From assembly GCA_964482695.1 (NCBI GenBank), contig CAYZYP010000001.1, forward strand, positions 4,143 to 68,142: DNA of 64,000 bases. Direction: 5' to 3'. A model generated the notes under the pieces. It ran no database searches, had not been told where the DNA came from, and saw only the letters and a program-made list of their open reading frames with translations. Source of the stretch: an uncultured Gammaproteobacteria bacterium. GTDB lineage: Bacteria; Patescibacteriota; Patescibacteriia; Magasanikbacterales; GWA2-37-8. This document shows positions 54,170 to 64,000 of the stretch, piece by piece (position 1 is the stretch's first letter; the number at the start of each line of letters is the position of its first letter). Made by a program: the position numbers and the translations under genes.

Positions 54170-54719
54170 ATTATATTATCAGTTTTTAAAAATTTTTGGT
54201 AAGTTATATAAATTTTTTTTTAGGAATAATTTTATTGCTGGAAAAAATTTTCAATTGTATCTTGGTGGCGGTATTATTGGAAAAAAAGAGTTTATAAGAA
54301 TAGGAAATAAAGTAATTTTATTTGGGTGGTTAATAAGTGACGGCGGTAAAATTATTATTGGTGATAGCACGGTAATTCATAAAAAAACAATTATTCGTTC
54401 GATGGGAGAAATTAAAATAGGAGCGCATTGTGATATCGCCAGCGAAGTTTATATTCAGGATCATAATAGTATGTCGTTAAATTATTTAGATCGTAGGCGT
54501 TGCGAAGGTGAGATCGCGCAAAAGCCCGTATTTATAGGTGATGATGTTTGGGTGGGAAGAAGAGCCATGGTAATGAAAGGTGTTATTATTGGCGATAGAG
54601 CTGTGATCGGCGCGGGTGCCGTTGTAACCCATGACGTACCGGCAGACAGTATCGTAGCAGGCAATCCTGCGGTTATAGTAAAATATTTAAAAAATGATCA
54701 TGGTGATAAACTTGGCTGA
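54162..54719 (+). CDS. Hexapeptide (left-handed beta-helix) acyltransferase
   Basis: 'IGDDVWVG', '[12 protein letters not shown]', 'AGNPA'. Confidence 0.88.
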   Translation: MVKLYYQFLKIFGKLYKFFFRNNFIAGKNFQLYLGGGIIGKKEFIRIGNKVILFGWLISDGGKIIIGDSTVIHKKTIIRSMGEIKIGAHCDIASEVYIQDHNSMSLNYLDRRRCEGEIAQKPVFIGDDVWVGRRAMVMKGVIIGDRAVIGAGAVVTHDVPADSIVAGNPAVIVKYLKNDHGDKLG

Positions 54720-55878
54720 AAAAAAATTTTTAATTTTAACGCATACCTTTGCGACCGGTCCAACACAAGAATTGAGAGATTTTTTGTTAAAAAATAAATC
54801 CTATTTTGCTTTCATAGAACATCCTTTCCCTTATAATAAAAAGCAGATTTTTTCTAAAATAACTTGGTTTAAAGATGGACAGCCAATAAAATTTTTAGAA
54901 AGTATTGCTGTAAAAGGGCCAGATATATTATTTTATATTAAAGATTTTGTTTATACTTTATATTTTGTAATTAAGGGACGACAGCATTATGATTTGTGTG
55001 TTGCTGCTGACACCTTGAATGCTTTTTCAGCTTGGTTTTTAAAAAAAATAGGTTATATTAATAAGGTGATTTATTGGACAATAGATTATACTCCAAAGAG
55101 ATTCAATAATTATTTTTTAAATAAAATTTATCATAGGTTAGATAAATTTTGTTGTTATCACTGTGATTTTTTGTGGAATAGCTCTCTTAGGATGCAGGAA
55201 GCCAGAGAAGATAGTGGTGTCCGCATGGGAAAATGCGCCGAGGAAATAGTTGTTGAGGACGGCTGTCATTTTGAAAATATAAAGCGATTTCCTGATGGCG
55301 AAATGAGCAGATTTAAATTAGTTTTTATGGGTCATCTGGTTAAAAATAAAGGCGTTGACTTAATTATTAATATTTTGCCAATTTTATTAAAGGATTATCC
55401 GGAGATTACTTTTACTATAATTGGCACGGGAGAAGAAGAAGACAATCTCAAAGAGTTGACTTGTAGGTTGGAAATCCAGAGTAAAGTTGTGTTTAAGGGA
55501 TATGTAAAATGTCATCGAGAAGTAGAAGAAATTATTGCATCTTGTGGAATAGCTGTGGCTCCCTATGTGCCAGATTTAGGAAGTTTTAGTTTTTTTTCTG
55601 ACGTTGGTAAGGTAAAAGTATATTTAGCTTGCGGCTTACCAGTTTTAATTACCGATGTTCCCCAAATAGCTCGGGAAATTGAAGAAAATGAGGCCGGTTT
55701 AATATTTAAATATAATGAAGACAGTTTAATTAGAAAGTTGAGGTTTCTATTGGCTGACGAGAAAAAGTATTTAAAATATAGAAATAATGCTATATTTTTT
55801 ATTAAAAATTTAAGTTGGGATAAAATATTTACAGTAGCGCTAGACAAAACTATCGCCAGTTTGTATAAAACAATTTAA
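54694..55878 (+). CDS. GT4 glycosyltransferase
   Basis: 'FMGHL...KG', 'IIG.G', '[10 protein letters not shown]'. Confidence 0.85.
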   Translation: MIMVINLAEKKFLILTHTFATGPTQELRDFLLKNKSYFAFIEHPFPYNKKQIFSKITWFKDGQPIKFLESIAVKGPDILFYIKDFVYTLYFVIKGRQHYDLCVAADTLNAFSAWFLKKIGYINKVIYWTIDYTPKRFNNYFLNKIYHRLDKFCCYHCDFLWNSSLRMQEAREDSGVRMGKCAEEIVVEDGCHFENIKRFPDGEMSRFKLVFMGHLVKNKGVDLIINILPILLKDYPEITFTIIGTGEEEDNLKELTCRLEIQSKVVFKGYVKCHREVEEIIASCGIAVAPYVPDLGSFSFFSDVGKVKVYLACGLPVLITDVPQIAREIEENEAGLIFKYNEDSLIRKLRFLLADEKKYLKYRNNAIFFIKNLSWDKIFTVALDKTIASLYKTI

Positions 55879-55884
55879 TGATTT

Positions 55885-56802
55885 ATGAAATTATCAATAG
55901 TAATTACGACAAAAAATCGGCAACAAGATTTGTTGAATTGTTTACATTCTATTTTACTTTCTGTTTTTTCCAGCAAGTTCGAAATTATTATAATTGATGA
56001 TTGTTCAAAAGATGGCACTGAAAAACTTGATGACGTCATCTTACAAACGATGTTTAATTTTAAAAATATTAGAATTTATCATTACGAGGAATCTTTGAAA
56101 CTGGTTAAAGCGAGAAATGTTGGCGCGAAATTGGCGAAAGGTAAATATGTTTTATTTATTGACGATGATAATGTTGTTGAAAATAAGATGATTCAATCGC
56201 TGGTTGATTTTGCGAATGAAGATGGCGAGTATAAGATAATTGGTCCGACTATGTATAGAAGTGACGCTAAAAAATATCTAAGTTATCAAAAGTTTAATTT
56301 TTTTACTGGTAAAACTACGGGTGTAGTTGTTTGTTCATTAAACAAAATTAATAATAGCGATGGTGTCCCTAATGTTTTTCTAATTAAACAAGAAGTATTT
56401 AAAAAATGTGGTTATTTTGACGAAGATTTAATTCAAACATATACAGAACCAGATTTTACTTTTCGTGCCAAAAGATATGGTTATAAAAGCGGAATTATGA
56501 ACGGTGTGAAAGTGTATCATAATGTGGAAGAAAAAAATCCCCACTCACCGCGTGCGTTAGGTGGTATGTTCAGCCAAAAGGCTTACTGTTTGATACGTAA
56601 TCGGTTTGTTATTATCGGACGATACGGTAAGTGGTATCATAAATTTATTTTTTTATTATTTTTTTCATGGATATGGCCGTGTATGTATTCTTTTTTTATG
56701 TTACGTTTTTGTAGATTTGAATTAATAAAATTGTATTGGTTTGGATTTAGGGATGGAATTATATTTTTTTTAACTAAAAAATTACGTAATTCCTTATCTT
56801 AA
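55885..56802 (+). CDS. GT2 glycosyltransferase
   Basis: 'SIVI.T.NR', 'DD.S.D', 'ARN.G', 'FIDDD', 'G.FDE'. Confidence 0.88.
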   Translation: MKLSIVITTKNRQQDLLNCLHSILLSVFSSKFEIIIIDDCSKDGTEKLDDVILQTMFNFKNIRIYHYEESLKLVKARNVGAKLAKGKYVLFIDDDNVVENKMIQSLVDFANEDGEYKIIGPTMYRSDAKKYLSYQKFNFFTGKTTGVVVCSLNKINNSDGVPNVFLIKQEVFKKCGYFDEDLIQTYTEPDFTFRAKRYGYKSGIMNGVKVYHNVEEKNPHSPRALGGMFSQKAYCLIRNRFVIIGRYGKWYHKFIFLLFFSWIWPCMYSFFMLRFCRFELIKLYWFGFRDGIIFFLTKKLRNSLS

Positions 56803-56847
56803 GTTTAAAATAGCAGTTGATTTTTGTAGTATTTAAATAAATTAAAT

Positions 56848-57540
56848 ATGGGTTCTTCTTTACAAGAAAGGTATCAACGTAATAGTTATCATAAATTTCA
56901 AAGATGCCAAATTGAATTTTTTTTATCTTGTCTTACTGCCAGTAATTATAAAAATACATTGGATGTTGGCTGTGGTAAGGGATTTTTTAGTTATATAGGG
57001 GCTAGACAAAAAAAATTTGAGAATTGTTATGCCTGCGATGTTTATAATGATTATCAAATTGAAGAAATAAGTAAATTTGCCAATGTTATTTATAAGCCGG
57101 TAAACAAAAATGGAACATTGCCATTTGTCGACGATTTTTTTGATTTAGTTTTTTCTGTAGATGTTATAGAACACGTTGAAGACGACATAAAGTTCATTAG
57201 AGAAAAAATAAGAGTGTGTAAGCGTGGAGGAGAGATAATAATAGGTACTCCTAATTATTTTCGAATTACAAATTTATTTTTGTTATTTTTGGGTAAATTA
57301 AAATATCCTAGAAAAATGGGGGTAGACTCTTATGGCGATGTCATTCATTTAAGAGAATACAGTCTTAATAAATTAATAGATAAAGTTATTTTTGCTTCAG
57401 ACGGTTTGATTATTAAAAAAGATATAGAGGTATTGCCTTGTTGGTTGGGTATAATGCTATATAATATTGGTTTAAATACTGTACCTTTTTTTTTAAAATG
57501 GATGTGCCAGTTTTGGTTTATTAAATTTAAAAAAAAATAA
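56848..57540 (+). CDS. Class I SAM-dependent methyltransferase
   Basis: 'LDVGCGKG', 'LPF.D..FD', 'VIEHV', 'TPN', 'HLREYS'. Confidence 0.85.
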   Translation: MGSSLQERYQRNSYHKFQRCQIEFFLSCLTASNYKNTLDVGCGKGFFSYIGARQKKFENCYACDVYNDYQIEEISKFANVIYKPVNKNGTLPFVDDFFDLVFSVDVIEHVEDDIKFIREKIRVCKRGGEIIIGTPNYFRITNLFLLFLGKLKYPRKMGVDSYGDVIHLREYSLNKLIDKVIFASDGLIIKKDIEVLPCWLGIMLYNIGLNTVPFFLKWMCQFWFIKFKKK

Positions 57541-57543
57541 ACT

Positions 57544-57702
57544 ATGTGTGGTATTTTAGGATTAGTTAATAGAAGTGGTGAGCCAGCCGATAGAGAAGTT
57601 TTTTCTAAAATGTTGGACACTTTGAATAAAAGAGGACCAGATCAGACAGGTGTTTTGATGGTGGGTTTTTTAACAAAAAGTTTAAAAGGCAATTATTCGT
57701 AG
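57544..57702 (+). pseudogene. asnB: Truncated asnB-type (asparagine synthase-like amidotransferase) N-terminus
   Basis: Translates MCGILG...MLDTLNKRGPDQTG and stops after 52 codons; the rest of the gene is absent. Confidence 0.8.
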
Positions 57703-57789
57703 AATATTTTTAAAATAAAGTTGACAGCAGTTTTTTACTATTACATATATTTGATTTTAATTATTTTATTCAACATTTTTTGTGATATT

Positions 57790-58503
57790 ATGAAAATTAA
57801 AGATTGGTACAAAATATATTTTTTGATATTTCCTTTGCGTTTGATTAGATATCATAGTTATCGAATTGGGATTTTTGTAAAAAAAGTAGTAGAGTCATGC
57901 GATGAAAAAGATAAAAAAATATTAGATGTAGGTGCTGGAGACTGCCCATATAAAAAATGTTTTAAACATATCCTATATTTTTCTCAAGATGTCCGGCAAA
58001 ACAAAAGTAGGTCTATTGATTTTGTTGGTGATATTAATACCGGTTTGAATGAGATAAATGACAATTTTTTTGATTATATTCTCTGCACGCAAGTATTAGA
58101 ACATATTAAAGAGCCCAAAAAGGCTTTTAAGGAATTTTATCGCGTATTAAAACCAGGTGGAAAAGTTTTTTTAACAACCCATTTGTGTTTTGAAGAACAC
58201 ATGATACCTTATGATTATTTTCGTTTTACCAAGTACGGACTTAAATATTTAGGAGAATCTTCTGGTTTTGCGATGGAACATATAGCACCACACGGCGGGG
58301 TATTTCACCTGTTGGCTCTCATTGTAGATACTATCCCGATTAAAATATTTTTTAAACGCCAAAGTTTTTGTTATCATCTTTATTTAATTCTGTTTACTAT
58401 ACCAATTTTAATTTTTAATAGCCTATGCTATTTGTTAGATTTTTTAGATAAAGAGAAAATAATGACTTTAAATTACGAATGTGTTTATTATAAGAAAAAA
58501 TAA
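57790..58503 (+). CDS. Class I SAM-dependent methyltransferase
   Basis: 'LDVGAG..PY', 'CTQVLEH', 'RVLKPGG', 'H..PYDYFRFT'. Confidence 0.88.
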   Translation: MKIKDWYKIYFLIFPLRLIRYHSYRIGIFVKKVVESCDEKDKKILDVGAGDCPYKKCFKHILYFSQDVRQNKSRSIDFVGDINTGLNEINDNFFDYILCTQVLEHIKEPKKAFKEFYRVLKPGGKVFLTTHLCFEEHMIPYDYFRFTKYGLKYLGESSGFAMEHIAPHGGVFHLLALIVDTIPIKIFFKRQSFCYHLYLILFTIPILIFNSLCYLLDFLDKEKIMTLNYECVYYKKK

Positions 58504-58556
58504 GAGGCAAACATTTATTTTTTGTTTGTTTAATTTATTTTCGCTATTGTTTTTTT

Positions 58557-61244
58557 ATGTTGTGGCTTAAAGGTATAAAAAAAAGATTGTATTACGTTAG
58601 CTGTCGTTTGAGGGGTAAAATATATCCGTTATCCTTTTTTGTTATAGGGCTTCTGTCTTTATTGTGGTTTGAAAAATCTACATTAATAGCCGGCGGTAGT
58701 TTTAATTGGCCTGTTGATTTTGTTTATTATTTTAAAGATACAATATCTGGTTGGCGACATATAGATTTATTTGGTAATTACAACGTAAGACAATATGCTT
58801 ATTTATTTCCCTATGCTATTTTAGGTTATTTTTTCCAATTAATTTTTGATAATTCTTTGGTTTATGAAAAATTTTTATTTTATACTTGTTTTAGTTTTTC
58901 TGGGTTTTCAATGTATATATTGGCAAGAAGATATGGAATAAGTAAGACAGCCTGTTTTCTTGCCGGTTTATTTTATATGTTTTCACCGTTTGCTCTTTTG
59001 GTTGTGTGGTACCTATCAATTGGTTTTTATTTCCCTTTTTATAGTTTTTTACCTTTGTATATCTTGTTACTGCTAGATTTTTTAGAAAATCGGAGGGATC
59101 TTTGTTTGACTTTATTTTTTTTAACTATCTTACCGTTATCAATAACTTTCGGCAACCCAACTTTTTTACTATTAATAGTTTTTTTCTTTATAATTTATTT
59201 TTTTTATCATTTGTTTGTTGGTTCAGACAAGCTAGCCTTGATAAAAAAATTTGCAATATTTTTTATTTTTTATTTCCTTATTAATCTATATTGGATAAGC
59301 CCGCTAATTTTTGATTTGAATAATCAATATGTGGCGGCCGACAATCAGACCGTACTGCAAACTGCAAGTGACGCAGAAAATATCAAATTGAACAGTTTTA
59401 AAAATTATGAAAATTTTAGGAATTTTGGCCTGTGGAGTTTCCACGCTGAACACGATGGAGACTATTATTATCCTTGGCACGGGTATTATTTGTCTAAAAT
59501 TTTTATAATTTTTTCTTTTATTATTCCATTAATTTTATTATTTTCTTTTGTTGATAAAAATATTAAAGATAAAAAGAGCAGGTTGTTTTGGGTTGTTATT
59601 TTTATTATTTTTTTTACTTTAAATGCCTTAGCGAATGTAAAAATAGGCACTAGCCTAGCTTTGATTATTCAGAGGATTCCTTTTTTAGAAAGGGCTTTTC
59701 GTGGAGGTGGAACTAAATATGGTTTCGTGTATACCCTAGCTTTTTCGATGGTATTAGCTTACGGTTTTGATTTTTTGAAGAAAAAATTTAAATATTATAT
59801 TTTAGTGTTAGCAGTGCCTATCATGATAATAGGTTTTCCTTTTATAACAGGAGATGTGGTTTATCGCGGAGGGCGTATCATGACTGCTTATCTAGCCCAA
59901 GTACCAAAAGAATATTTTTTATTAAAAAATTATTTACAAGATCGCAAACTTAATGGGCGTGGTTTAGTTTTCCCAACTGCTTTTTTTTATAGTTATTTTA
60001 ACGAATGGAACGCGGGTTATAGTGGTACAGATTATTTAAGAGAATTTACCAAAGAACCAATTATTAGCACCTCGGATGGTTTATTGGTTCCATATATATA
60101 TAAGGTGGCAGGTTTAAAGAATGGCCACCTTCCGTTTGTATTAGATATTTTTAATATTAAAAATATTATTTATCGTGCCGACTATAATGTAAACGGTAAA
60201 TTTTTTAGTATAGACGAATCATTATTTTCCACAATAAATAGTAAGATTGTTTATGACAACGATATTTTTACTGTGTCACAGAGAAATAGTTCATGGCCAC
60301 ATATCTATATTCCGGACAAAATTATTAATTGCGTCGGCGGTGTGGAAAGTTTAGTGCGTTGCGTTGGTGTTTTTGACTATGATTTTCGTCCAGTGATATA
60401 TTTTAGTGGACAAAATAAGGACAAAAGTTTTCTAATAGATAAAAATGAATATAATAAAGTTGAATCAACGCCCCATCTAGAATTTGAAAAAATTAATTCC
60501 ACCAAATATCGTCTTCGTATTCACCAAACCTCTAGCATTTTTCCTTTAGTTTTTAGTGAGAATTACCACAATAGTTGGAAAGTCTATGTCATGAAATCAA
60601 AAAATTTAAAGACAGAATTTGAAAGTGGACTAGATAACAAAGTTATTAATTATAAAATATTAGCTAATAACGAAGATGACCAGGCCACCAAATTAGAATT
60701 AGAAGATTTCATTAAAAAAGGTTTTGTTTCTACTTTAGGCGACGGCTCAGAAAAACAAATTAAACATAAAAAATATGAAAATGGTCAAGAAAAGTTAGAT
60801 TATATTGAAAAATATAATATTGACTTTATCTCCAAAAATTTTCAAGGCACCATCCAAAACAACAATCTCCCAAAAGGAAAATTTTACGAAACGTGGTTGG
60901 CTGGAAAATTGGGAGAAAAAAATAATGGAATCACGCAAAAGATTTTTAGTCTTGTCCAAAATAATAGTATAAAACAATTACCCGAAGAAAATCACTTAAC
61001 AGCCAACGGCTATGCTAATAGCTGGCTAATAGAAACCGATAAAATTTGTTCGCAGACTGATTTTTGTGTCAAAAATCCCGACGGCACCTATGACTTTGAA
61101 TTAGTAGTGGAATTTTGGTCGCAGCGGTTATTTTATATTGGCTTGTTTGTATCTGGCATCACTTTGTTTGGTTGTCTTGGTTATTTAATGTATGATATTT
61201 TAAAAAAAAGGGGGAGGGGAAAAGACCAAGAGGTAAAAAAATAG
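58557..61244 (+). CDS. Large multi-pass membrane protein, putative GT-C (AftD/YfhO-like)
   Basis: About 13 TMs; 'SG..MY', 'AGLFYM.SP', 'LVFSE.Y...W', 'H..ANGYANSW', C-terminal TM. Confidence 0.7.
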   Translation: MLWLKGIKKRLYYVSCRLRGKIYPLSFFVIGLLSLLWFEKSTLIAGGSFNWPVDFVYYFKDTISGWRHIDLFGNYNVRQYAYLFPYAILGYFFQLIFDNSLVYEKFLFYTCFSFSGFSMYILARRYGISKTACFLAGLFYMFSPFALLVVWYLSIGFYFPFYSFLPLYILLLLDFLENRRDLCLTLFFLTILPLSITFGNPTFLLLIVFFFIIYFFYHLFVGSDKLALIKKFAIFFIFYFLINLYWISPLIFDLNNQYVAADNQTVLQTASDAENIKLNSFKNYENFRNFGLWSFHAEHDGDYYYPWHGYYLSKIFIIFSFIIPLILLFSFVDKNIKDKKSRLFWVVIFIIFFTLNALANVKIGTSLALIIQRIPFLERAFRGGGTKYGFVYTLAFSMVLAYGFDFLKKKFKYYILVLAVPIMIIGFPFITGDVVYRGGRIMTAYLAQVPKEYFLLKNYLQDRKLNGRGLVFPTAFFYSYFNEWNAGYSGTDYLREFTKEPIISTSDGLLVPYIYKVAGLKNGHLPFVLDIFNIKNIIYRADYNVNGKFFSIDESLFSTINSKIVYDNDIFTVSQRNSSWPHIYIPDKIINCVGGVESLVRCVGVFDYDFRPVIYFSGQNKDKSFLIDKNEYNKVESTPHLEFEKINSTKYRLRIHQTSSIFPLVFSENYHNSWKVYVMKSKNLKTEFESGLDNKVINYKILANNEDDQATKLELEDFIKKGFVSTLGDGSEKQIKHKKYENGQEKLDYIEKYNIDFISKNFQGTIQNNNLPKGKFYETWLAGKLGEKNNGITQKIFSLVQNNSIKQLPEENHLTANGYANSWLIETDKICSQTDFCVKNPDGTYDFELVVEFWSQRLFYIGLFVSGITLFGCLGYLMYDILKKRGRGKDQEVKK

Positions 61245-61335
61245 GCAAAATAATTTTGATTTGCTTTTCATGATGTTAAGTGATAATATATTGTAAGGAG
61301 TTAACATTTAAGATTTAATTCTAATAATTTTTAAT

Positions 61336-62565
61336 ATGCCCCAGCCCTCAATAGAAGGAGAAAAAAAAGGAGTTTTGACCAAGTTAATAATTGGCGTTGT
61401 CTTGGTTTTGGTTGTCGCCGGCGGTCTAGTTTATTATTTTCTAGCCTTTTTTAAAGGCAGTTCATCTAGCATTTATCAATCAGGTGTTGAGCTAAAAGAA
61501 GTCAAAGTGCAAAAAATTACTTCACAAACCAGTGATTATGCCTGGCAAGTAGGCAGTAGTACTATGGCTTCTAGAGTAAAAATAACTAATTTTGAAAATA
61601 ACGAAAAATGGCAGGGTGGCGGGGTTTATGATACCTCTGTTTACTACGAGGGCTCACAGAGTCTAAGCTTGGTTAGCGTTGACAGAAAAGAAATTAAAAC
61701 TTATTTAAAGAAAGATTTGGATTTGTCAAACATGGAGTACGCGGAATTTATGATTAATATCAATGACAAAAACGCCATAGAAAATATCTATCTAGAGTTT
61801 GGCGATTTAGAGATGAATAATTATTATAGCTATAATTTATCAAATTTAGAGAATGGCTGGAATTTTGTTCAAATACCAAAAAAACAATTTGTGGCTACGC
61901 TTGATGGCAAAACTAGCTTTGATTGGGACAAAATAAAAAAGGTGCAGTTACGCGCTAATTCCAGAGTTGATTCAATGCTAATAGCCAGAGTAGATATGTT
62001 GCGTGGCATTGTTAATTCGGATAACTTTATTAAGAATTGGAAAGTTTATAACGATCTTGAGAAAAAAACTTTTAGTTTGTATCAAGTTGGCGACAGAGAT
62101 GGTTTAGTGGTTCGTAATTTAGGATCTTCCAGAGCTGTGTTAAACGATGTTAAAAATGCCAAGAATTTTATTTATTCAGCTTCTATATCGCCGCAATCCA
62201 ATTCTTTAAGTGGTTTGTTTATTCGTGGCAATTATACCAATGGCTATGGTTATTATTTTCTAATTGGTGGTGTAAGGGAAAATACTTGGCAGATAACAAA
62301 ATTAGGCAACAAAGGGTGGCTAACGGCCAGTGATGTAATAAGAGGCACTATTGGCAACGAAGTATTTCAAAATGACAAAGAATATTGGCTAAGAGTAGAA
62401 GCCAATAGCAGCGATATGAAGTTTTATTTATCTTTTGATGGTGATAAATATTATCAGTTAGGAGAATTAAAAGATTCAGAATTTACCAGCGGCGGGATTG
62501 GCGTAGCCGTGTTGAGTAATTTAGGCTGGAGCGTGTTTAATGATTTTATGTATAAGAAATTATAA
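61336..62565 (+). CDS. Membrane-anchored beta-rich extracellular protein (carbohydrate-binding/lectin-like folds)
   Basis: N-terminal TM; 'GWN....P...F', 'FDW.KI', C-terminal 'D..F.SG.IG'. Confidence 0.65.
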   Translation: MPQPSIEGEKKGVLTKLIIGVVLVLVVAGGLVYYFLAFFKGSSSSIYQSGVELKEVKVQKITSQTSDYAWQVGSSTMASRVKITNFENNEKWQGGGVYDTSVYYEGSQSLSLVSVDRKEIKTYLKKDLDLSNMEYAEFMININDKNAIENIYLEFGDLEMNNYYSYNLSNLENGWNFVQIPKKQFVATLDGKTSFDWDKIKKVQLRANSRVDSMLIARVDMLRGIVNSDNFIKNWKVYNDLEKKTFSLYQVGDRDGLVVRNLGSSRAVLNDVKNAKNFIYSASISPQSNSLSGLFIRGNYTNGYGYYFLIGGVRENTWQITKLGNKGWLTASDVIRGTIGNEVFQNDKEYWLRVEANSSDMKFYLSFDGDKYYQLGELKDSEFTSGGIGVAVLSNLGWSVFNDFMYKKL

Positions 62566-62622
62566 GCGACGCAGGCGAGTGAAAAGCAAACTTGTTTGCT
62601 TTTTCGAGCCGAGGAGTTTATA
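62561..62622 (+). repeat. Structured palindromic element, family D copy 2
   Basis: tataagc-gacgca-ggc-gagt-[gaaaagcaaac tt gtttgcttttt]-cgagcc-gagga-gtttata; a further hairpin follows to about 62659. Confidence 0.8.
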
Positions 62623-62675
62623 CACCCCGTGGTCTTCGCCACAGGAGAGGGTTTATAAAAGTTACACAAAACATA

Positions 62676-63656
62676 ATGAATTTTGTAATTTTTTTAGGCA
62701 AATTAAAAATTTTTCTATTTAAGCGCGGTTTGGTATTAATTGAAAGTTTAAAAATAATCTTTGCCAAAATGCTGGCCGACGCTCGGAAACAGCCAATAAC
62801 AACTTTGGCCGTGTTTGTTGTTTTTAGCGCGCTGTTTTTTATATTTGATAACAAATTAGCCGCTTTACTTATAGCTTCTATAATTCCGATTATTGTTTTT
62901 CGTTGGGATCCGCGGATTTATTTTGGTTTTGCCTTATTATTTTTGTTTGTTACGCCATTTTTTTTAATTTTTCAGCAAGAATATTTGGCAGAACAAATGG
63001 CTATTTACACCTATTATTTGCTTTGCGCCGGAGTAGTTTGCCAAATTATTGAATACGCGCGCGATAATCGAGATGGAGGTGGAGCGACAAAAGAATTTAA
63101 ACAATGGGCTAAAATTAATATTAGTAGTTTAGTTTTAATAATTATTGTTATATTATTTTCCGTTGGTTTTTATTATATAAATAACAAATTTACCAAACAG
63201 CTGGCCGCACAAAACAAACTTTTAATGCAAATGGGAGGTTACAAAGTAGAAGAAGCCGACAAAGAATTGGGGAAATTAAAAAAACAAATAAAAGATTTGG
63301 TTGATTTATATAGCGGCGTCTCTGTTTCTTCTATTAATAATTTAACCAGCAGTTCGGCTAGCGGCGCTGTTTTAAAAACAAAGCCTATTACAGTAGAAAT
63401 ATTAAATGGTACTCTGTCAAAAGGGATGGCTACTGATTTAGGGGATCTTTTAAAAAATAAAGGATTTACAATAATAAGTGTCGGCAACGCTAACGGCAAT
63501 TATACTACCACTACTATTTTTTATAATTCCACCGGCAAGAATTACGCCGAAGCAGTAGAAAAAGAAGTGAGTAATTTTTATTTTACCCAAACACAAGAAT
63601 CTTCTGCTAAATTAAACAGTGATGTTTTGGTGATAATTGGCACTAAAAAGAAATGA
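62676..63656 (+). CDS. Membrane protein with C-terminal LytR_C domain
   Basis: Several TMs, coiled coil, 'VEILNGT...G.A....L...GF....VGNA', 'DVLVIIG'. Confidence 0.8.
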   Translation: MNFVIFLGKLKIFLFKRGLVLIESLKIIFAKMLADARKQPITTLAVFVVFSALFFIFDNKLAALLIASIIPIIVFRWDPRIYFGFALLFLFVTPFFLIFQQEYLAEQMAIYTYYLLCAGVVCQIIEYARDNRDGGGATKEFKQWAKINISSLVLIIIVILFSVGFYYINNKFTKQLAAQNKLLMQMGGYKVEEADKELGKLKKQIKDLVDLYSGVSVSSINNLTSSSASGAVLKTKPITVEILNGTLSKGMATDLGDLLKNKGFTIISVGNANGNYTTTTIFYNSTGKNYAEAVEKEVSNFYFTQTQESSAKLNSDVLVIIGTKKK

Positions 63657-64000
63657 GAAAAAAAATAATTAAATTTCTTCCCATAGCCTATTTTATCGTA
63701 TTGGCTTTAGCGATTTTAGGGCCGCTACTCAAGCCTGGCTATGTTTTTTTATTAGATTTTGTTTTAGCGCCAACCTCTTATTTTAATTTCAGTAATTATT
63801 TAAACGGCCAAAGTTTGCTTGCTTCTCTACCGTATAATCTTGTTGTTTATTTATTATCTTTGTTGATACCAGCGTGGATTATTCAAAAAATAATCTTCTT
63901 TTTTATTTTTTTCTTCAGTGGTTTCGCCATGTGGCGGTCTTTGCCAGAAAAATTGGGAGTAGGCCCACGTTTAATAGCAAGCACTTTTTTTGTTGTTAAT
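63653..64000 (+). CDS. Partial multi-pass membrane protein (GT-C-like), runs off the window
   Basis: ATG overlaps the previous stop; MRKKIIKF...PGYVFLLD...QKIIFF...SGFAM, similar in style to the 58557 N-terminus; open to the window end. Confidence 0.7.
   Translation, partial: MRKKIIKFLPIAYFIVLALAILGPLLKPGYVFLLDFVLAPTSYFNFSNYLNGQSLLASLPYNLVVYLLSLLIPAWIIQKIIFFFIFFFSGFAMWRSLPEKLGVGPRLIASTFFVVN

Noticed and set aside
850-62659. Palindromic repeats as a CRISPR array or integron attC sites
   Set aside because: They are dispersed rather than regularly spaced, lack RYYYAAC/GTTRRRY ends, and no cas or intI gene is present.
62592-62675. N-terminal extension of the LytR_C protein in the ORF track
   Set aside because: It runs through the family D element and the adjacent hairpin; ATG 62676 or a later start is more plausible.

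Overview
AT-rich bacterial chromosomal segment whose gene content and style suggest a Patescibacteria/CPR (Parcubacteria-like) genome; this is an inference, not a database result. Left part: ABC-2 transporter, then uvrB/uvrA/uvrC interrupted by small accessory genes and a RelE-type toxin-antitoxin pair. Next is an unusual minus-strand operon encoding an animal-like guanidinoacetate N-methyltransferase, an AdoMetDC-fold decarboxylase, a YkwB-like GNAT and a 7TM/GAF histidine kinase, with an orphan small gene upstream. Middle: housekeeping genes (rplS, gmk, rluD, a tRNA-Ile with UAU anticodon, mltG, queA, alkD, yhhQ, rplK, nusG, secE, gyrB, rodA, rplY, prmC, prfA, rpmE, rpsB, tsf), with a glycosylation cassette between prfA and prmC. 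Right 24 kb: a surface-glycan locus (flippase, GT2/GT4/GT-C enzymes, UDP-xylose, GDP-colitose and GDP-perosamine-type genes) containing an AbiE pair and an asnB remnant. Several families of short palindromic elements are scattered through the window. Some lie at or just after stop codons and show compensatory base changes between copies; others are inserted in frame inside uvrA, uvrC, queA (twice), prmC and a radical SAM gene. No transposase, integrase, rRNA or CRISPR array was seen. All protein calls come from motif recognition by eye.
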